A DNA stretch of 64,000 bases from a bacterium (GCA_021372535.1 JAJFUH010000038.1:12719-76718), one strand, 5' to 3'; counted from the stretch's first letter, positions 27,876-38,331 are shown. A program made the numbers and translations. The notes: generated by a model from the letters alone, not told the origin.

Positions 27876-29780
27876 TCATGAACCGATATATTCCTTCCAC
27901 CACAGCGCAAAATTGAGCAAAAACCAAATATCGACTCCCTGCCCGTTGTCCAGAAATTGGGAAATCTGTTTTTTGTCGAGAAAATCGGTTTTGTCGCAGA
28001 ATGAATTCATCTCGGTTCTCGATTTTTCCCCGAGACGGTCGAAAAACCATTCGTACACAGGCACTCCGAATCCCTGTTTGGGACGGTCGATGAGCTCATC
28101 GGGGATGATGCCGCGAACCGCTTTTTTCAGGATATATTTTGTCACGCCGTTCTTCGTTTTTACTTTTTCCGGGATGCTCATGGCGAGCTCCACGAATTTG
28201 TGGTCGAGAAACGGCACACGGCATTCGAGGCTCACTCCCATGCTCATCTTGTCGACCCGCATCAGGAGCAGCTCCGGCAGCCGGACGCTCAGATCGGCAT
28301 AGCTCATCCAGTTCAGGTTCGATTTTTCCCATGCTTTTTCTTCGAACCGTTTCCGGATTGGCTGGAGCGCTTCCCATGTGGAGAAATTCTTGAATTTCTG
28401 CCGCAGGCGCGGGCTCAGTATCGTGGCTTTCTGACTGTCGCTGTAAATGTCACACCCTCCCCAGAAGATGGGCTGGCCGAGCGATATGCGGCGAAGCCAT
28501 TCGAGCTTGAAATCATTACGGAATATGGGCCGGTCTTTCAAAAAAGACATCCCGATATTCTTCAGCCAGGGGAAAAGGAAATAATCGCTGAAATTCGCCG
28601 CATTGAGCGGACTCTTCCACCACGGATATCCCCAGAAGAGCTCATCGGCGCCCTCGCCGACCTGACAGACGATGACGCCGTTGTCCCTGGCCAGCTTCGA
28701 TACATAATAGACGGGAATACATACAGGATCGGCTATCGGCTCGTCCTGCAGCCAGACCATTCGGGGGAGAAAATCGAGGAGATCGTCGATGGTCAGGAGC
28801 TTTTCATGATGTTCCGCTCCAAGAATGTCAGCCATCTTTTTTGCATAGTAGCCTTCGTTCTTGTAGCTCTGGTATTCGCCGACATACCCGATGGTGAAGG
28901 TCTTGACCGGGTTCTTTTCGCCCTCCGAGAAAAATGCCGCATTGGTGCTCGAATCGATCCCGCCGGAAAGGAAAACGCCCACCGGGACGTCGCTCACCTT
29001 GCGGTACCGTACCGTCGTGCGCAGCTCATCGACAATGCGATGGGCTATTTCGTCCTCGCTGACTCCGGTGAGAGGCTCGGTATGATCCCAGACATCCCAG
29101 TACCTGTTCTCCTGAATCCGGCCGTCCTCATGTACTTTGAGCCATGTTCCGCCGGCAAGTTTCCCGATGCCCTCGAACAGGGTCAGCGGAGCGGGAGTGG
29201 TGATGAACGTCAGAAAATGATACAGGGCCTCCTCGTTGACCGCGCGGTTCTGTTCGGGGTCCTGGAGCAGGGCCTTGATCTCGGAGGCGAAGACGATACG
29301 GCCATGATGGATGCTGTAGTAGAGCGGCTTGATGCCGATGCGGTCACGGATAAGCCAGAGCTCGCGTTTTACCGAGTCCCAGAGCGCTATGGCGAACATA
29401 CCCCTGAAACGGTGGAGACATTCGATGCCCCACTGCTCGAACGCATGGATGATCACCTCGGTATCGGAGTGATCGGTCTTCCAGCGGTGGCCGCCGATCG
29501 CTTCGAGCTCGGCGCGTATTTCCTGGTGGTTGTATATCTCGCCGTTGAACGATACCCAGAGCGTCTCGTTCTCGTTGCTCATAGGCTGCGTGGCGCTTTC
29601 CGAGAGATCGATAATGGAAAGCCTCCTGTGCCCCAGACCGAAGCGCCCTTTTTCATCGATCCATAATCCGGCGCCGTCCGGTCCCCGATGATCCATGACA
29701 TCACGCATGTTCATGATATAGGCAGGTGTAACGATAAAATTACTGTTTTTAAAAACAAGAGCACCGGCTATTCCACACAT
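27876..29780 (-). CDS. asnB: Asparagine synthetase (glutamine-hydrolysing) family amidotransferase (WbpS-like context)
   Basis: The N-terminus MCGIAGAL is the class-II glutamine-amidotransferase nucleophile. The gene also has SGGIDSS (PP-loop). AGGAAG lies upstream of the ATG. Confidence 0.85.
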   Translation of the reverse strand: MCGIAGALVFKNSNFIVTPAYIMNMRDVMDHRGPDGAGLWIDEKGRFGLGHRRLSIIDLSESATQPMSNENETLWVSFNGEIYNHQEIRAELEAIGGHRWKTDHSDTEVIIHAFEQWGIECLHRFRGMFAIALWDSVKRELWLIRDRIGIKPLYYSIHHGRIVFASEIKALLQDPEQNRAVNEEALYHFLTFITTPAPLTLFEGIGKLAGGTWLKVHEDGRIQENRYWDVWDHTEPLTGVSEDEIAHRIVDELRTTVRYRKVSDVPVGVFLSGGIDSSTNAAFFSEGEKNPVKTFTIGYVGEYQSYKNEGYYAKKMADILGAEHHEKLLTIDDLLDFLPRMVWLQDEPIADPVCIPVYYVSKLARDNGVIVCQVGEGADELFWGYPWWKSPLNAANFSDYFLFPWLKNIGMSFLKDRPIFRNDFKLEWLRRISLGQPIFWGGCDIYSDSQKATILSPRLRQKFKNFSTWEALQPIRKRFEEKAWEKSNLNWMSYADLSVRLPELLLMRVDKMSMGVSLECRVPFLDHKFVELAMSIPEKVKTKNGVTKYILKKAVRGIIPDELIDRPKQGFGVPVYEWFFDRLGEKSRTEMNSFCDKTDFLDKKQISQFLDNGQGVDIWFLLNFALWWKEYIGS

Positions 29781-29977
29781 GGAATTCTTCCTGTTCTGTC
29801 AAAAGCACAATTCACCGTTATTATGCTGTTGTGTGTGTCTGTGACACATTCACCGATTCGTTTATAAAGCTACAAGTTACAAAAATAAGTCGTATAAAGT
29901 CAAACGCAATAATATTCATGGGTTATTTCCCGAGAAAGAAATGCAAATCGGGAAGGTTTTTTAATTGTATTTTCTGG

Positions 29978-30197
29978 TTATTCAATAAGTGCATATAATT
30001 AACGGATGTGATGTTTTGACACATTAAAAATGTCATTCCCGTAAAAGACGTCACCCATCGAATCATTAATCGGGGGCGGGAATCCATCGCCCCATACTCG
30101 ATAAAGAGTAGTGTCAATACTGGATTCCCAATTCACTTCGTTCTTGGGAATGACAGTACTTGTACAATAAATTAGTGATTATGAGCTCATTGAATAA
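29978..30197. repeat. MITE-like interspersed element, copy 2, with a roughly 40-nt internal insertion carrying a GGGGGCG...CGCCCC hairpin
   Basis: It aligns end-to-end with 3366-3556 and has the same terminal inverted repeats (GGTTATTCAATAAG ... GCTCATTGAATAATC). It sits in the divergent asnB/dehydrogenase promoter region. Confidence 0.7.
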
Positions 30198-30305
30198 TCA
30201 GATTGTATTTTATTGAATCAATCACTATTATCTTTTATATACCGGTGCAGTATGGAATTATCCATGACTTTTCACATACCATAACAAGATACAAGGGAAA
30301 GCGTG

Positions 30306-31673
30306 ATGAATAACGAGAAAGTTTATTCCGTAATCGGTCTCGGGAAGCTCGGCGCTTCGATGGCCGCGGCTGTTGCAAGCCGGGGATTTCAGGTTATCGG
30401 CGTTGATATAAATAAAAAAGCTGTCGATCTGCTCAATGCCGGTCATGCTCCGGTGCATGAGACGGACCTCGAAAACTATGTTGCCGCCAACAGGGAACGG
30501 CTCCGTGCAACCATGAGTCACTACGATGCGGTGATACATTCTGACATTTCGTTTGTCATCGTTCCCACGCCGAGTGACAAACGGGGCGCATTCTCTCTCC
30601 AGTATGCCGCATGGGCGTTCCGTGAAATGAGCAGGGGGCTCAAAGATAAAAATTCATATCATCTCGTCGTTCTCGTAAGCACGGTACTTCCCGGTTCCAC
30701 CCGTTACGGCCTGCTTCCAGTGCTGGAAAAAGGATCGGGGAAAACATGCGGGCCCGATTTCGGGCTCTGCTACAGTCCCGATTTCATCGCGCTCGGGAGT
30801 ATTATACATAATTATCTGAATCCCGATTTTAATCTCGTCGGCGAATTCGACAGGCGCTCGGGCGATCTTCTCGGGGAATTTTACTCGCAGGTCATGCTCA
30901 ATAGTCCCCCGTGCAAACGTATGACCCTCGAAAACGCCGAACTCGCGAAAGTTGCGCTCAACACCTTCGTAACCACGAAAATCGCCTATGCCAACATGAT
31001 CGCCGAAATCTGCGAGCAGATTCCCGGCGGCGATGTTGATGCGGTTACCGATGCCATCGGAACCGATTCGCGCATCGGGAAGCAGTACCTCAAGGGCGCT
31101 CTCGGTTATGGCGGCCCGTGTTTCCCGAGGGATAACCTGGCGCTCAGCTTCTTCGCTTCACGCATGAATGTAAAAGCCGAAATTGCGGAAACCACCCATC
31201 GCTCAAACTTTCAGTGGGCAGAAAAAATTGTCAGACGGCTGATCAGCGAAATTAAACACCCCGCTACCGTGGCAGTACTTGGGCTGGCATATAAACCGTA
31301 TTCGGACGTTGTCGAAGAATCTCAATCGCTGTATATAGCACAGGCTTTATCGGAAGCGGGGGTCAGAGTCATCGGATATGACCCGCTCGCGGGGAATGCC
31401 GCCCGGAACGAGATTGGCGACAGAACGGTGATACTCGATTCCCTTAGAGAATGCCTCGATCAGGCTGATGTCGTGCTCATCACCACACCGGACCCGGAGT
31501 TCAAGGCTCTCAGGGCAGAGGATTTCGGAGATAAAAAGGTCGTTGTTTTCGATTTCTGGCGCATCCTCGAAAAAGAGCTCGCGGGAAAGGCCACCATACG
31601 GTATATCCCGGTGGGCAGAAGCGTCGACGATAAGACAAACAGGGACAGACTTTTTTCATTATGGAATAATTGA
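30306..31673 (+). CDS. UDP-sugar (UDP-glucose/GDP-mannose family) dehydrogenase, WecC/WbpA-like
   Basis: The N-terminal Rossmann segment is VIGLGKLGASMAAAVA. The catalytic segment is GYGGPCFPRDNLAL. An ATG at 30306 sits next to a GTG at 30303. Confidence 0.8.
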   Translation: MNNEKVYSVIGLGKLGASMAAAVASRGFQVIGVDINKKAVDLLNAGHAPVHETDLENYVAANRERLRATMSHYDAVIHSDISFVIVPTPSDKRGAFSLQYAAWAFREMSRGLKDKNSYHLVVLVSTVLPGSTRYGLLPVLEKGSGKTCGPDFGLCYSPDFIALGSIIHNYLNPDFNLVGEFDRRSGDLLGEFYSQVMLNSPPCKRMTLENAELAKVALNTFVTTKIAYANMIAEICEQIPGGDVDAVTDAIGTDSRIGKQYLKGALGYGGPCFPRDNLALSFFASRMNVKAEIAETTHRSNFQWAEKIVRRLISEIKHPATVAVLGLAYKPYSDVVEESQSLYIAQALSEAGVRVIGYDPLAGNAARNEIGDRTVILDSLRECLDQADVVLITTPDPEFKALRAEDFGDKKVVVFDFWRILEKELAGKATIRYIPVGRSVDDKTNRDRLFSLWNN

Positions 31674-31698
31674 AACGGGAATTCCCTGATCCGAGCCG

Positions 31699-31750
31699 TT
31701 CATAATAATCTGATAGAATGCGGATTTTCGCAGATTTGTTATAAATATTT
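31699..31750 (+). promoter_or_regulatory. Conserved intergenic motif, copy C (TTCATAATAATCTGATAGAATGCGGATTTTCGCAGATTTGTTATAAAT)
   Basis: It has the same core GGATTTTCGCRGATTTG as copies A and B. It lies 60-110 bp upstream of the second NlpC/P60 gene. Confidence 0.45.
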
Positions 31751-31812
31751 TTAAATAATCCGGATCAGCATAAATTTTAATCCCGGTAATCTTTCAATTC
31801 CGGAGGTTCTGC

Positions 31813-33282
31813 ATGAAGAATCAGGTCAGGGTCTTTCTTTTTATTGCCGTTGTGTTTGGCTGCTTTTCCACGGTAATTATTTCCGATAAAATTGACCCTG
31901 AAACGCAGTTTGTTATTCCCGAAACCGGAGATGCCCTCTATAACAGAGCTCCCGATCCCCTTCCCTGGATTCTTCCTGAAATGCTCGATCCGGCTTACTG
32001 GACAGCGCGGATGAAAAACCCGGATGAGGTTATACTGACCCCGGATAAAATTGAGATCATGAATGCGGTCTACAAACGGTTCATAACCTCTCCCGATCCC
32101 TTCAGGGATGTTCCGCCGGAACGCAGGCCAGTTCTGATTCAATGGTGGCCCGGATTTTCTATTTCCGTTCCGAATATTGGCTCTTTATCTCCTCAGGCTG
32201 TTGCCGATACGGTCAGAAACAGGCTCCAGGCCGAAACAGCATATCTCCGTCAGCAGGAGTATGGAAACGCGCTGGCCATACGGTACAGCGCAGAGGAAAT
32301 CGATGCATTCGAACGCGAAATATCGCTCGATACGGCGAAAGATACGGTCACCGTACATCATGGTATCGCTGTCCGCACCGCACGGCTCAGGAATATACCC
32401 TCTTTTTTCCCCCAGCAGACCGGTCTGACGCAATCGAGGAAAGAACGCTGGGACCTCTGGAATATCGGAGTAATCAAAATAGGCATGCCGGTGCAGATAC
32501 TCCATGTATCGAAATCGGGCGAGTATCTGTTCGTGCTGTGCGAGGCGGGATATGGCTGGACGAGGAGCGATGATATCGCATTCTGCACCGTGAAAGAGAT
32601 CGATGAATTTGTCAATGCCCCTGATTTTATTGTGGCAACAAACGACCGTGTGCAGTTTTATACCGATGAGAGCTGTACTTATGCTTCAGGGTGGTTCGGC
32701 CTTGGAACACGGCTCCCCCTTGTTTCCGGAGCAAATCCCCGTCTAGTGAAGGTTCCTGTCCGTAAAATGAACGGGAAGTTCGCCACCGAGACGGCGTGGA
32801 TTGCCGATACGGGTGATGTCCATGTCGGCCTTGTTCCCTATACGCGGCGCAACATTGTCACGATAGCATTCAGGCTCCTCGGCACTCCCTATGACTGGAG
32901 CGGCGCCTGGTTCGGCCGTCAGCACGAGACAATCTACCGCGATATTTTTGCCTGTTTCGGATTCGTTCTGCCCTGTCACAACGCCCTGTTCACCTTTTAT
33001 AACAACAACAATGCCACGGTTCTTCTCCCCGACATGGGCGCGGAGAAATATTATGAAAAGATGAATGAAAACGAGCCATTTGTCACCCTCCAGAGCTGCG
33101 GCGACCACTGCCAGCTCTATCTTGGAGAATACAGGGGAAAACCAATTGTTTTCGACCAGCATGGCTACGGTTATCCCGACGAAAAGGGTGTATGGTGGGA
33201 AGTCAGACGGTGTACTGTCGGGGATATGCGCCTGCCGCGGAATTTTCTCAGGGAGAAAGTGACATTTCTGGAGCTCATGTGA
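31813..33282 (+). CDS. Secreted NlpC/P60 family hydrolase-like protein (paralog of 3718-5187)
   Basis: It is colinear with 3718-5187, sharing YWTARMKNPDEVILTPDKI and PVQILHVSKS...DFIVAT. The C-terminus has ACFGFV...GDHCQLYLG. It starts with a signal peptide. Confidence 0.55.
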   Translation: MKNQVRVFLFIAVVFGCFSTVIISDKIDPETQFVIPETGDALYNRAPDPLPWILPEMLDPAYWTARMKNPDEVILTPDKIEIMNAVYKRFITSPDPFRDVPPERRPVLIQWWPGFSISVPNIGSLSPQAVADTVRNRLQAETAYLRQQEYGNALAIRYSAEEIDAFEREISLDTAKDTVTVHHGIAVRTARLRNIPSFFPQQTGLTQSRKERWDLWNIGVIKIGMPVQILHVSKSGEYLFVLCEAGYGWTRSDDIAFCTVKEIDEFVNAPDFIVATNDRVQFYTDESCTYASGWFGLGTRLPLVSGANPRLVKVPVRKMNGKFATETAWIADTGDVHVGLVPYTRRNIVTIAFRLLGTPYDWSGAWFGRQHETIYRDIFACFGFVLPCHNALFTFYNNNNATVLLPDMGAEKYYEKMNENEPFVTLQSCGDHCQLYLGEYRGKPIVFDQHGYGYPDEKGVWWEVRRCTVGDMRLPRNFLREKVTFLELM

Positions 33283-33389
33283 CAGGGGATGTATGAATCA
33301 AGGATTAAGCGGATTGATAGGGAATGAAAATTTATACATCGGGGAATGATTTCAAACTTTATAATTTATAAAATCAAGGAGTCCGCTGT

Positions 33390-34259
33390 ATGAAATCACG
33401 TAAATCTCTCTCCCGCCGCTCGTCGCTTTTCCGGCTCGGCGGCATCGGTGCGCTGACAGCGCTCGGGACGGCTGTTTTTCCAAAGCGTTCACATGCAGCC
33501 CTTAAAAAAGCCACGGCGTTCGCCCTCGTCGGAGACCGTTATCACAACTCCGACTACATCCGCACTTCGCTCGGCAGGACACTCGTCCGTGAGGCGGGTC
33601 TCTCAATCGATTTCACTGACGAGGTCACCCTGCTCAATGCGGAGACGCTCGATGGCTACAAGATGCTCATCGTCTTTCGGGACGGCATGCTCTGGCCGGA
33701 CGGCTACATGGGCTCGTATCCGGGGTACGAATCCGGGTCCGGCGCGGATATCAAGAGCGTTCCGCCACTGCCGGAAATGAAAAGCGAGCCGGTCATGTGG
33801 ATGCAGCCCGACCAGGGCCGTGCGGTGAAGGAATTCGTGGAGAACGGCGGCTCGGCCTTTTTCTTCCACAACAACAGCCACGTGTCGCTCTCGAACAAAG
33901 ACTACCGCGATGTCGAGGGTGCCATCTACACCGGGCATCCGGCGGTCCGCCCCTTTCATGTGCGGATCACGAACCGCAGCCATCCCATAACGAGGGGAGT
34001 GAACGATTTCCTTGTCACCGACGAGCAGCACTATGTGACGTACGATAAGGACCCGAAGTACGTGCTCATGCGGAGTGTTAACGCTGACGGCCTTGTCTAT
34101 GGCGACCAGGGTATATCGTGTGAGGCAGGCTGGGCGTATGAGTATGGCAAGGGACGTGTGTGCTTCATGGCGCCGGGACACATGATCTCGGTGATGTGGA
34201 ACCCGGAGTATATGAAACTCCAGAAAAACGCGGTCAGGTGGCTCCTGCGGGAGACTTGA
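33390..34259 (+). CDS. TAT-exported ThuA-like / type-1 glutamine-amidotransferase-fold protein
   Basis: The twin-arginine signal is SRRSSLFRLGGIGALTALG. The rest is a ThuA-like region of about 250 aa. The family call is tentative. Confidence 0.4.
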   Translation: MKSRKSLSRRSSLFRLGGIGALTALGTAVFPKRSHAALKKATAFALVGDRYHNSDYIRTSLGRTLVREAGLSIDFTDEVTLLNAETLDGYKMLIVFRDGMLWPDGYMGSYPGYESGSGADIKSVPPLPEMKSEPVMWMQPDQGRAVKEFVENGGSAFFFHNNSHVSLSNKDYRDVEGAIYTGHPAVRPFHVRITNRSHPITRGVNDFLVTDEQHYVTYDKDPKYVLMRSVNADGLVYGDQGISCEAGWAYEYGKGRVCFMAPGHMISVMWNPEYMKLQKNAVRWLLRET

Positions 34260-34301
34260 GTTGGTTACGCCCGGCATGGAACTGTTAAAGCGGAGGAAGC
34301 A

Positions 34302-37106
34302 ATGGTAAGATGGTCGATGTTTTTTATGCTTTTGATGGTTGCGCTGTGTCCGGGGTGCTCGAAAAAGACCGGTACCGGGCCATTCACACTGTATAAGGAG
34401 CAGGATGTCGCTCGTGCCCGCGAGAATGTAAAGCGCTACCCCTGGGCGCAGGAAATCGTGGAAGGCTGGAAGCGCAATGTCGATTATGCCATGAAGCAGG
34501 AACCTGAGTTCTTCGAACACATGATCTCCGAGCTGACCATGTGGCCCACCTACGGCCAGAACTGTCCCGCCTGCGTGGGCAGGCTTTCCTCGATGGGCGA
34601 GACGGGCCTCTACCGGTGGAGTGTCGAAGACCCCGACAAGCTGACCTGCAAGTACTGTGGCACGGTGTATCCCAATCCCGAATACCCGGAAACGGGCAGC
34701 ATGACAGCTCCGAAAACAGGGCAGACGTTCACTTTCTTCCTGACCGATGAAGAGCGGGCGCACCCCGGTGATACATCGGGGAAATACGCGTTCAGATGGG
34801 CTTCATGGCCGGTGCATACGAGTTTCAGCGGCGTCATCCGCTACTGCAAGGCGAGCTGGTGCATCGGCAGGGTACTTACACTTGCCAGACTCTATGCGGT
34901 CACCGGCGATGTGAAATATGCCGAGCGCGCCGCCCTGATCATGGATATTATGGCACGGCGGTATCCGAACTGGCTGTATCATTCCTACAACGGAACCTAT
35001 GCGGACTGCCCGCCCGCCGAAGCAGCGAAATCGCTCGGCGAATATCCCCGCGGCGGCAGATTTCCCATCGAAACCATCATAACCGCTTTCCCGGGCCTCC
35101 ACACCCAGGGCGATCATGCAGTGCTGAACAACGGATTCTGGGGAGCCGGGCGATTCGGCTGCAGCGGAACCGACGGCGATTTTATCCTCGATATGACGGT
35201 CGCTTATGATCTCATACGAAATGCACGAACAGCCGATGGGAAACCGGTCATCAGCGTTGAGATGAAAAAACACATCGTAAACGACCTCATCATTGCGGGC
35301 TGCGTCGATTCGGAGAACTGGGATGAGATCAACAACAAATGCGGACCCTCCCGTGCGTTGAGCGCCGCAGTGGGCATCCTGTTCAACCGTCCCGAAAGCG
35401 CCCGCCGTGCCCTCGAGGGTCTTGAAGCGCTCATGGAGCACAGCTTCCATTTCGATGGCTTCTGCAGGGAATCGCCTTCCTATTCGGCAATGCATCTCGG
35501 TCTCATGCGCGATATTCCCGAAATTCTCGCGGGTTACTCCGACCCCTCCGGATATGTCCCGGAAAAGGGCGAACCGCTCCGCGATTTCAACCCGTTCACA
35601 AGCCTCGACCGCTACCGTCTCGCACAGGAGAGCATGGTGCGCATGCTCGATCCCAATCGCCGGTATCCGGTTGTCGGCGACACTCATTACGGAGAGGGGA
35701 TCAATCCAATGTACGCCGAGCTTCTTGCCGACCGTTACGATCCCTCGTACGCCGGTCTGCTCGAAGAGGCCCAGGGCGCCCCGCTGGCTAAAAAGGGCAG
35801 CGAATATGCCCTCTGGCACCGTGACCCCGACCTGAAAGTAACCGGAAGCGGAGGTTTTCCTCTGTATACCGAATGGTTCCCCGGATGGCATGTGGCTGTC
35901 TTGCGCGGCGGTTCCGCAAAGAAGCATACCGCACTCTATCTGAACGGCTACGAGCATGGCGGACACCGTCACTACGACACTCTCGGCCTCATCTATATCG
36001 CCCACGGCAAGGAAGTTGCCACCGACCGCGGATATATCTGGGACGACCCGCGGAACGCCTGGACGAAGAGCACCCTGTCGCACAACATCGTGACCGTGGA
36101 CGGCATGTCGCAGGACGGCGAAGGATGCCATTCTGTGCTTGAGCTGTTCGGCGCCGCTCCCGGAGTGGAAGTCGTTCAGGCTTCGGCCAATGCCTACAAA
36201 CAGTGCGACCGTTACCGCCGCACGACGGCGCTCGTGCAGATACCCGGCGGGCAGACGTATGCGGTCGATTTTTTCCGCGTCCGCGGCGGTACCCGTCACC
36301 AGTATTGTTTCAACTGCAACGGGAACCTGGTCGCTGTAACCGGCGGCAAACCCCAGCCGTGCAGGGATAAGATCGAATGGCTCGGCAATCTCCGCGCCAT
36401 GCAGCCGAAAGGACCGTTCACCGCGACATGGGAACAGGACGGCGTCCGTATGGACATGACCATGCTCACCGGAGTCGACCGTCTCATCATCGCCGATGCG
36501 CCGGGCTGGCGGAGCTACCACGGCGATGAACTCAATGCCCCGCCCATTCAGCAGATACTGGCCGAGCGGACCGCCCGGAAAGATGCGGAAAGCGCATATG
36601 CGGTCGTTCTCGCGCCTTACACCGGCGGAGTATCTCCGGTCAGGTCGGCACATCTTGTGGCCGAGGATCCCGTGAGCGGCGCTATGGCGGTTGCTGTTGA
36701 GCTCGAGGGAAGAACCGATTACATTATATCATCACCCGACGATGAGCAGCGTTCGTACGGGCCTGTCACGATGGCGGGACGGTTCGGATTCGTATCGCTC
36801 GATTCCGGCGGAACGATGATGCAGGGATACCTGCTCGACGGCACCGGGCTGCGCTGCGGAGAGACTGCCATTACAATCCCCGAAGCCCGCACGACTCTCA
36901 GGGTTTCGGCTGCCGGGGGAAGGAACTTCACCTGTGCCGATCCCGTTTCGGCGGGCAATGATCTCAAAGGCAGTTATGTTCTTGCGGGCGAGACGGGCTT
37001 CGAAATCGAATCCGTGGCGGGGAACACCATAACCGTACGGGATTATCCCGTTCAGGCTTGCGATACGGTGACTGTCCTCCGTTCGCGGTGGTATGAAAAA
37101 AACTGA
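34302..37106 (+). CDS. Heparinase II/III-like family lipoprotein (polysaccharide-lyase-like, cell-envelope type)
   Basis: The lipobox is MLLMVALCPGCS. The C-terminus has HGGHRHYDTLGLIYIAHGKEVATDRGY...LSHNIVTVDG, typical of the heparinase II/III C-terminal domain. Confidence 0.7.
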   Translation: MVRWSMFFMLLMVALCPGCSKKTGTGPFTLYKEQDVARARENVKRYPWAQEIVEGWKRNVDYAMKQEPEFFEHMISELTMWPTYGQNCPACVGRLSSMGETGLYRWSVEDPDKLTCKYCGTVYPNPEYPETGSMTAPKTGQTFTFFLTDEERAHPGDTSGKYAFRWASWPVHTSFSGVIRYCKASWCIGRVLTLARLYAVTGDVKYAERAALIMDIMARRYPNWLYHSYNGTYADCPPAEAAKSLGEYPRGGRFPIETIITAFPGLHTQGDHAVLNNGFWGAGRFGCSGTDGDFILDMTVAYDLIRNARTADGKPVISVEMKKHIVNDLIIAGCVDSENWDEINNKCGPSRALSAAVGILFNRPESARRALEGLEALMEHSFHFDGFCRESPSYSAMHLGLMRDIPEILAGYSDPSGYVPEKGEPLRDFNPFTSLDRYRLAQESMVRMLDPNRRYPVVGDTHYGEGINPMYAELLADRYDPSYAGLLEEAQGAPLAKKGSEYALWHRDPDLKVTGSGGFPLYTEWFPGWHVAVLRGGSAKKHTALYLNGYEHGGHRHYDTLGLIYIAHGKEVATDRGYIWDDPRNAWTKSTLSHNIVTVDGMSQDGEGCHSVLELFGAAPGVEVVQASANAYKQCDRYRRTTALVQIPGGQTYAVDFFRVRGGTRHQYCFNCNGNLVAVTGGKPQPCRDKIEWLGNLRAMQPKGPFTATWEQDGVRMDMTMLTGVDRLIIADAPGWRSYHGDELNAPPIQQILAERTARKDAESAYAVVLAPYTGGVSPVRSAHLVAEDPVSGAMAVAVELEGRTDYIISSPDDEQRSYGPVTMAGRFGFVSLDSGGTMMQGYLLDGTGLRCGETAITIPEARTTLRVSAAGGRNFTCADPVSAGNDLKGSYVLAGETGFEIESVAGNTITVRDYPVQACDTVTVLRSRWYEKN

Positions 37107-37149
37107 GAGCACCAGATGATACAACATCAATAGACCGGGGAGGCTGGTA

Positions 37150-38331
37150 ATGGTTAACGGATTCCGCAGCATGGTTGCGCAGCTCCGATTTCAGGAGATG
37201 ATAAAGGGTATGTTTTTGCTCGCTGTGATCTGTTGTCCGGAAATGCTGTATGTCCACGCTGCCGAAGCACAGGGCTGGGACGATTTCACCCGCATGCGGT
37301 TCATCGTGCCGAGGGGATACGTGTGCTACCGTGCGACAAAACCGGTGGTGATCGACGGCAAACTCGATGAAGAGGCATGGACATACATTCCCTGGACCGA
37401 GTATTTCGGCGATATCGAGGGCGATGCAAAACCGAGGCCGCGGTTCCGCACACAGGCGAAAATGCTCTGGGACGACACCTATTTCTACGTGGGCGCATTC
37501 ATCGAGGATACCCATGTCTGGGCGACGCTCACCAAACACGATGCGGTTATATTTTACGACAACGACTTTGAGATATTCATCGATCCCGACAGCGACAACC
37601 ACGAGTACTACGAAATCGAAATCAACGCCCTCAACACAGAATGGGACCTCTTTCTTAAGCGGCCGTACAAGGATTTCAGTCCCGGCATGGGTGCCGATAA
37701 TGGCTGGGAAATCCCCGGTCTCAAGACCGCGGTTCATGTCTACGGCACACTCAACGACCCGAAGGATGAGGATCAGGGATGGTCGGTCGAGTTTGCGCTG
37801 CCGTGGGCAGTGCTCAAGGAATTTGCCCATAAACCGGCGCCGCCTCGTGATGGCGACCAGTGGCGCGTGAACTTTTCACGGGTCGAGTATCTTCCCGAAA
37901 TCATCCTTACCACGAATGTCCGGAAAACGGAAAAGAGTTTCCTCACGAAAGCGGATGGAACGCGGTGCGAAAACTGGATATGGTCGCCCCAGGGCATCAT
38001 CAATATGCATTGTCCGGAAAAATGGGGATATGTCCAGTTCTCGACCGGTATTCCCGGAACGGTTGAGTTCCGGCCCGACCCGACTGAACCCGCCCGGATG
38101 ATCCTCCATGAAATCTATTATGCACAACGCGATTTTTTCAGGAAAAACAACCGGTGGGCAACGACGATCGATGATCTCGGTCTCGCTGTTCCGACACACA
38201 AGAGCGTGGTCAAGGCGCCGGTCATCAAACGGTCCGGCGACGGATACACTGCCACACTTACGGTCAAACTGCCGGACGGCAGCCAGAAAACCGTGAGCAT
38301 AGACCAGTTTTCAAAAGTAACCGTCGAATAA
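37150..38331 (+). CDS. CBM9-like (carbohydrate-binding family 9 / DOMON-like) domain protein, paralog 1
   Basis: The segment KMLWDDTYFYVGAFIEDTHVWAT...DNDFEIFIDPD...YYEIEINALN fits the CBM9-like pattern. GGGGAGG lies 6 nt upstream of the ATG. Confidence 0.55.
   Translation: MVNGFRSMVAQLRFQEMIKGMFLLAVICCPEMLYVHAAEAQGWDDFTRMRFIVPRGYVCYRATKPVVIDGKLDEEAWTYIPWTEYFGDIEGDAKPRPRFRTQAKMLWDDTYFYVGAFIEDTHVWATLTKHDAVIFYDNDFEIFIDPDSDNHEYYEIEINALNTEWDLFLKRPYKDFSPGMGADNGWEIPGLKTAVHVYGTLNDPKDEDQGWSVEFALPWAVLKEFAHKPAPPRDGDQWRVNFSRVEYLPEIILTTNVRKTEKSFLTKADGTRCENWIWSPQGIINMHCPEKWGYVQFSTGIPGTVEFRPDPTEPARMILHEIYYAQRDFFRKNNRWATTIDDLGLAVPTHKSVVKAPVIKRSGDGYTATLTVKLPDGSQKTVSIDQFSKVTVE

Noticed and set aside
34803-36653. 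Long antisense ORFs inside real genes. Examples are 34803-36653(-) at 616 aa inside the heparinase II/III lipoprotein gene, 33603-34763(-) at 386 aa, 28200-29666(+) at 488 aa opposite asnB, 49248-49931(-) opposite the sulfatase and 12712-13764(+) opposite the amidohydrolase.
   Set aside because: They lie opposite ORFs with strong family signatures and have Arg/Ala/Pro-rich low-complexity translations typical of GC-rich antisense frames. They have no start context and nothing domain-like. They are treated as artefacts of the six-frame track.
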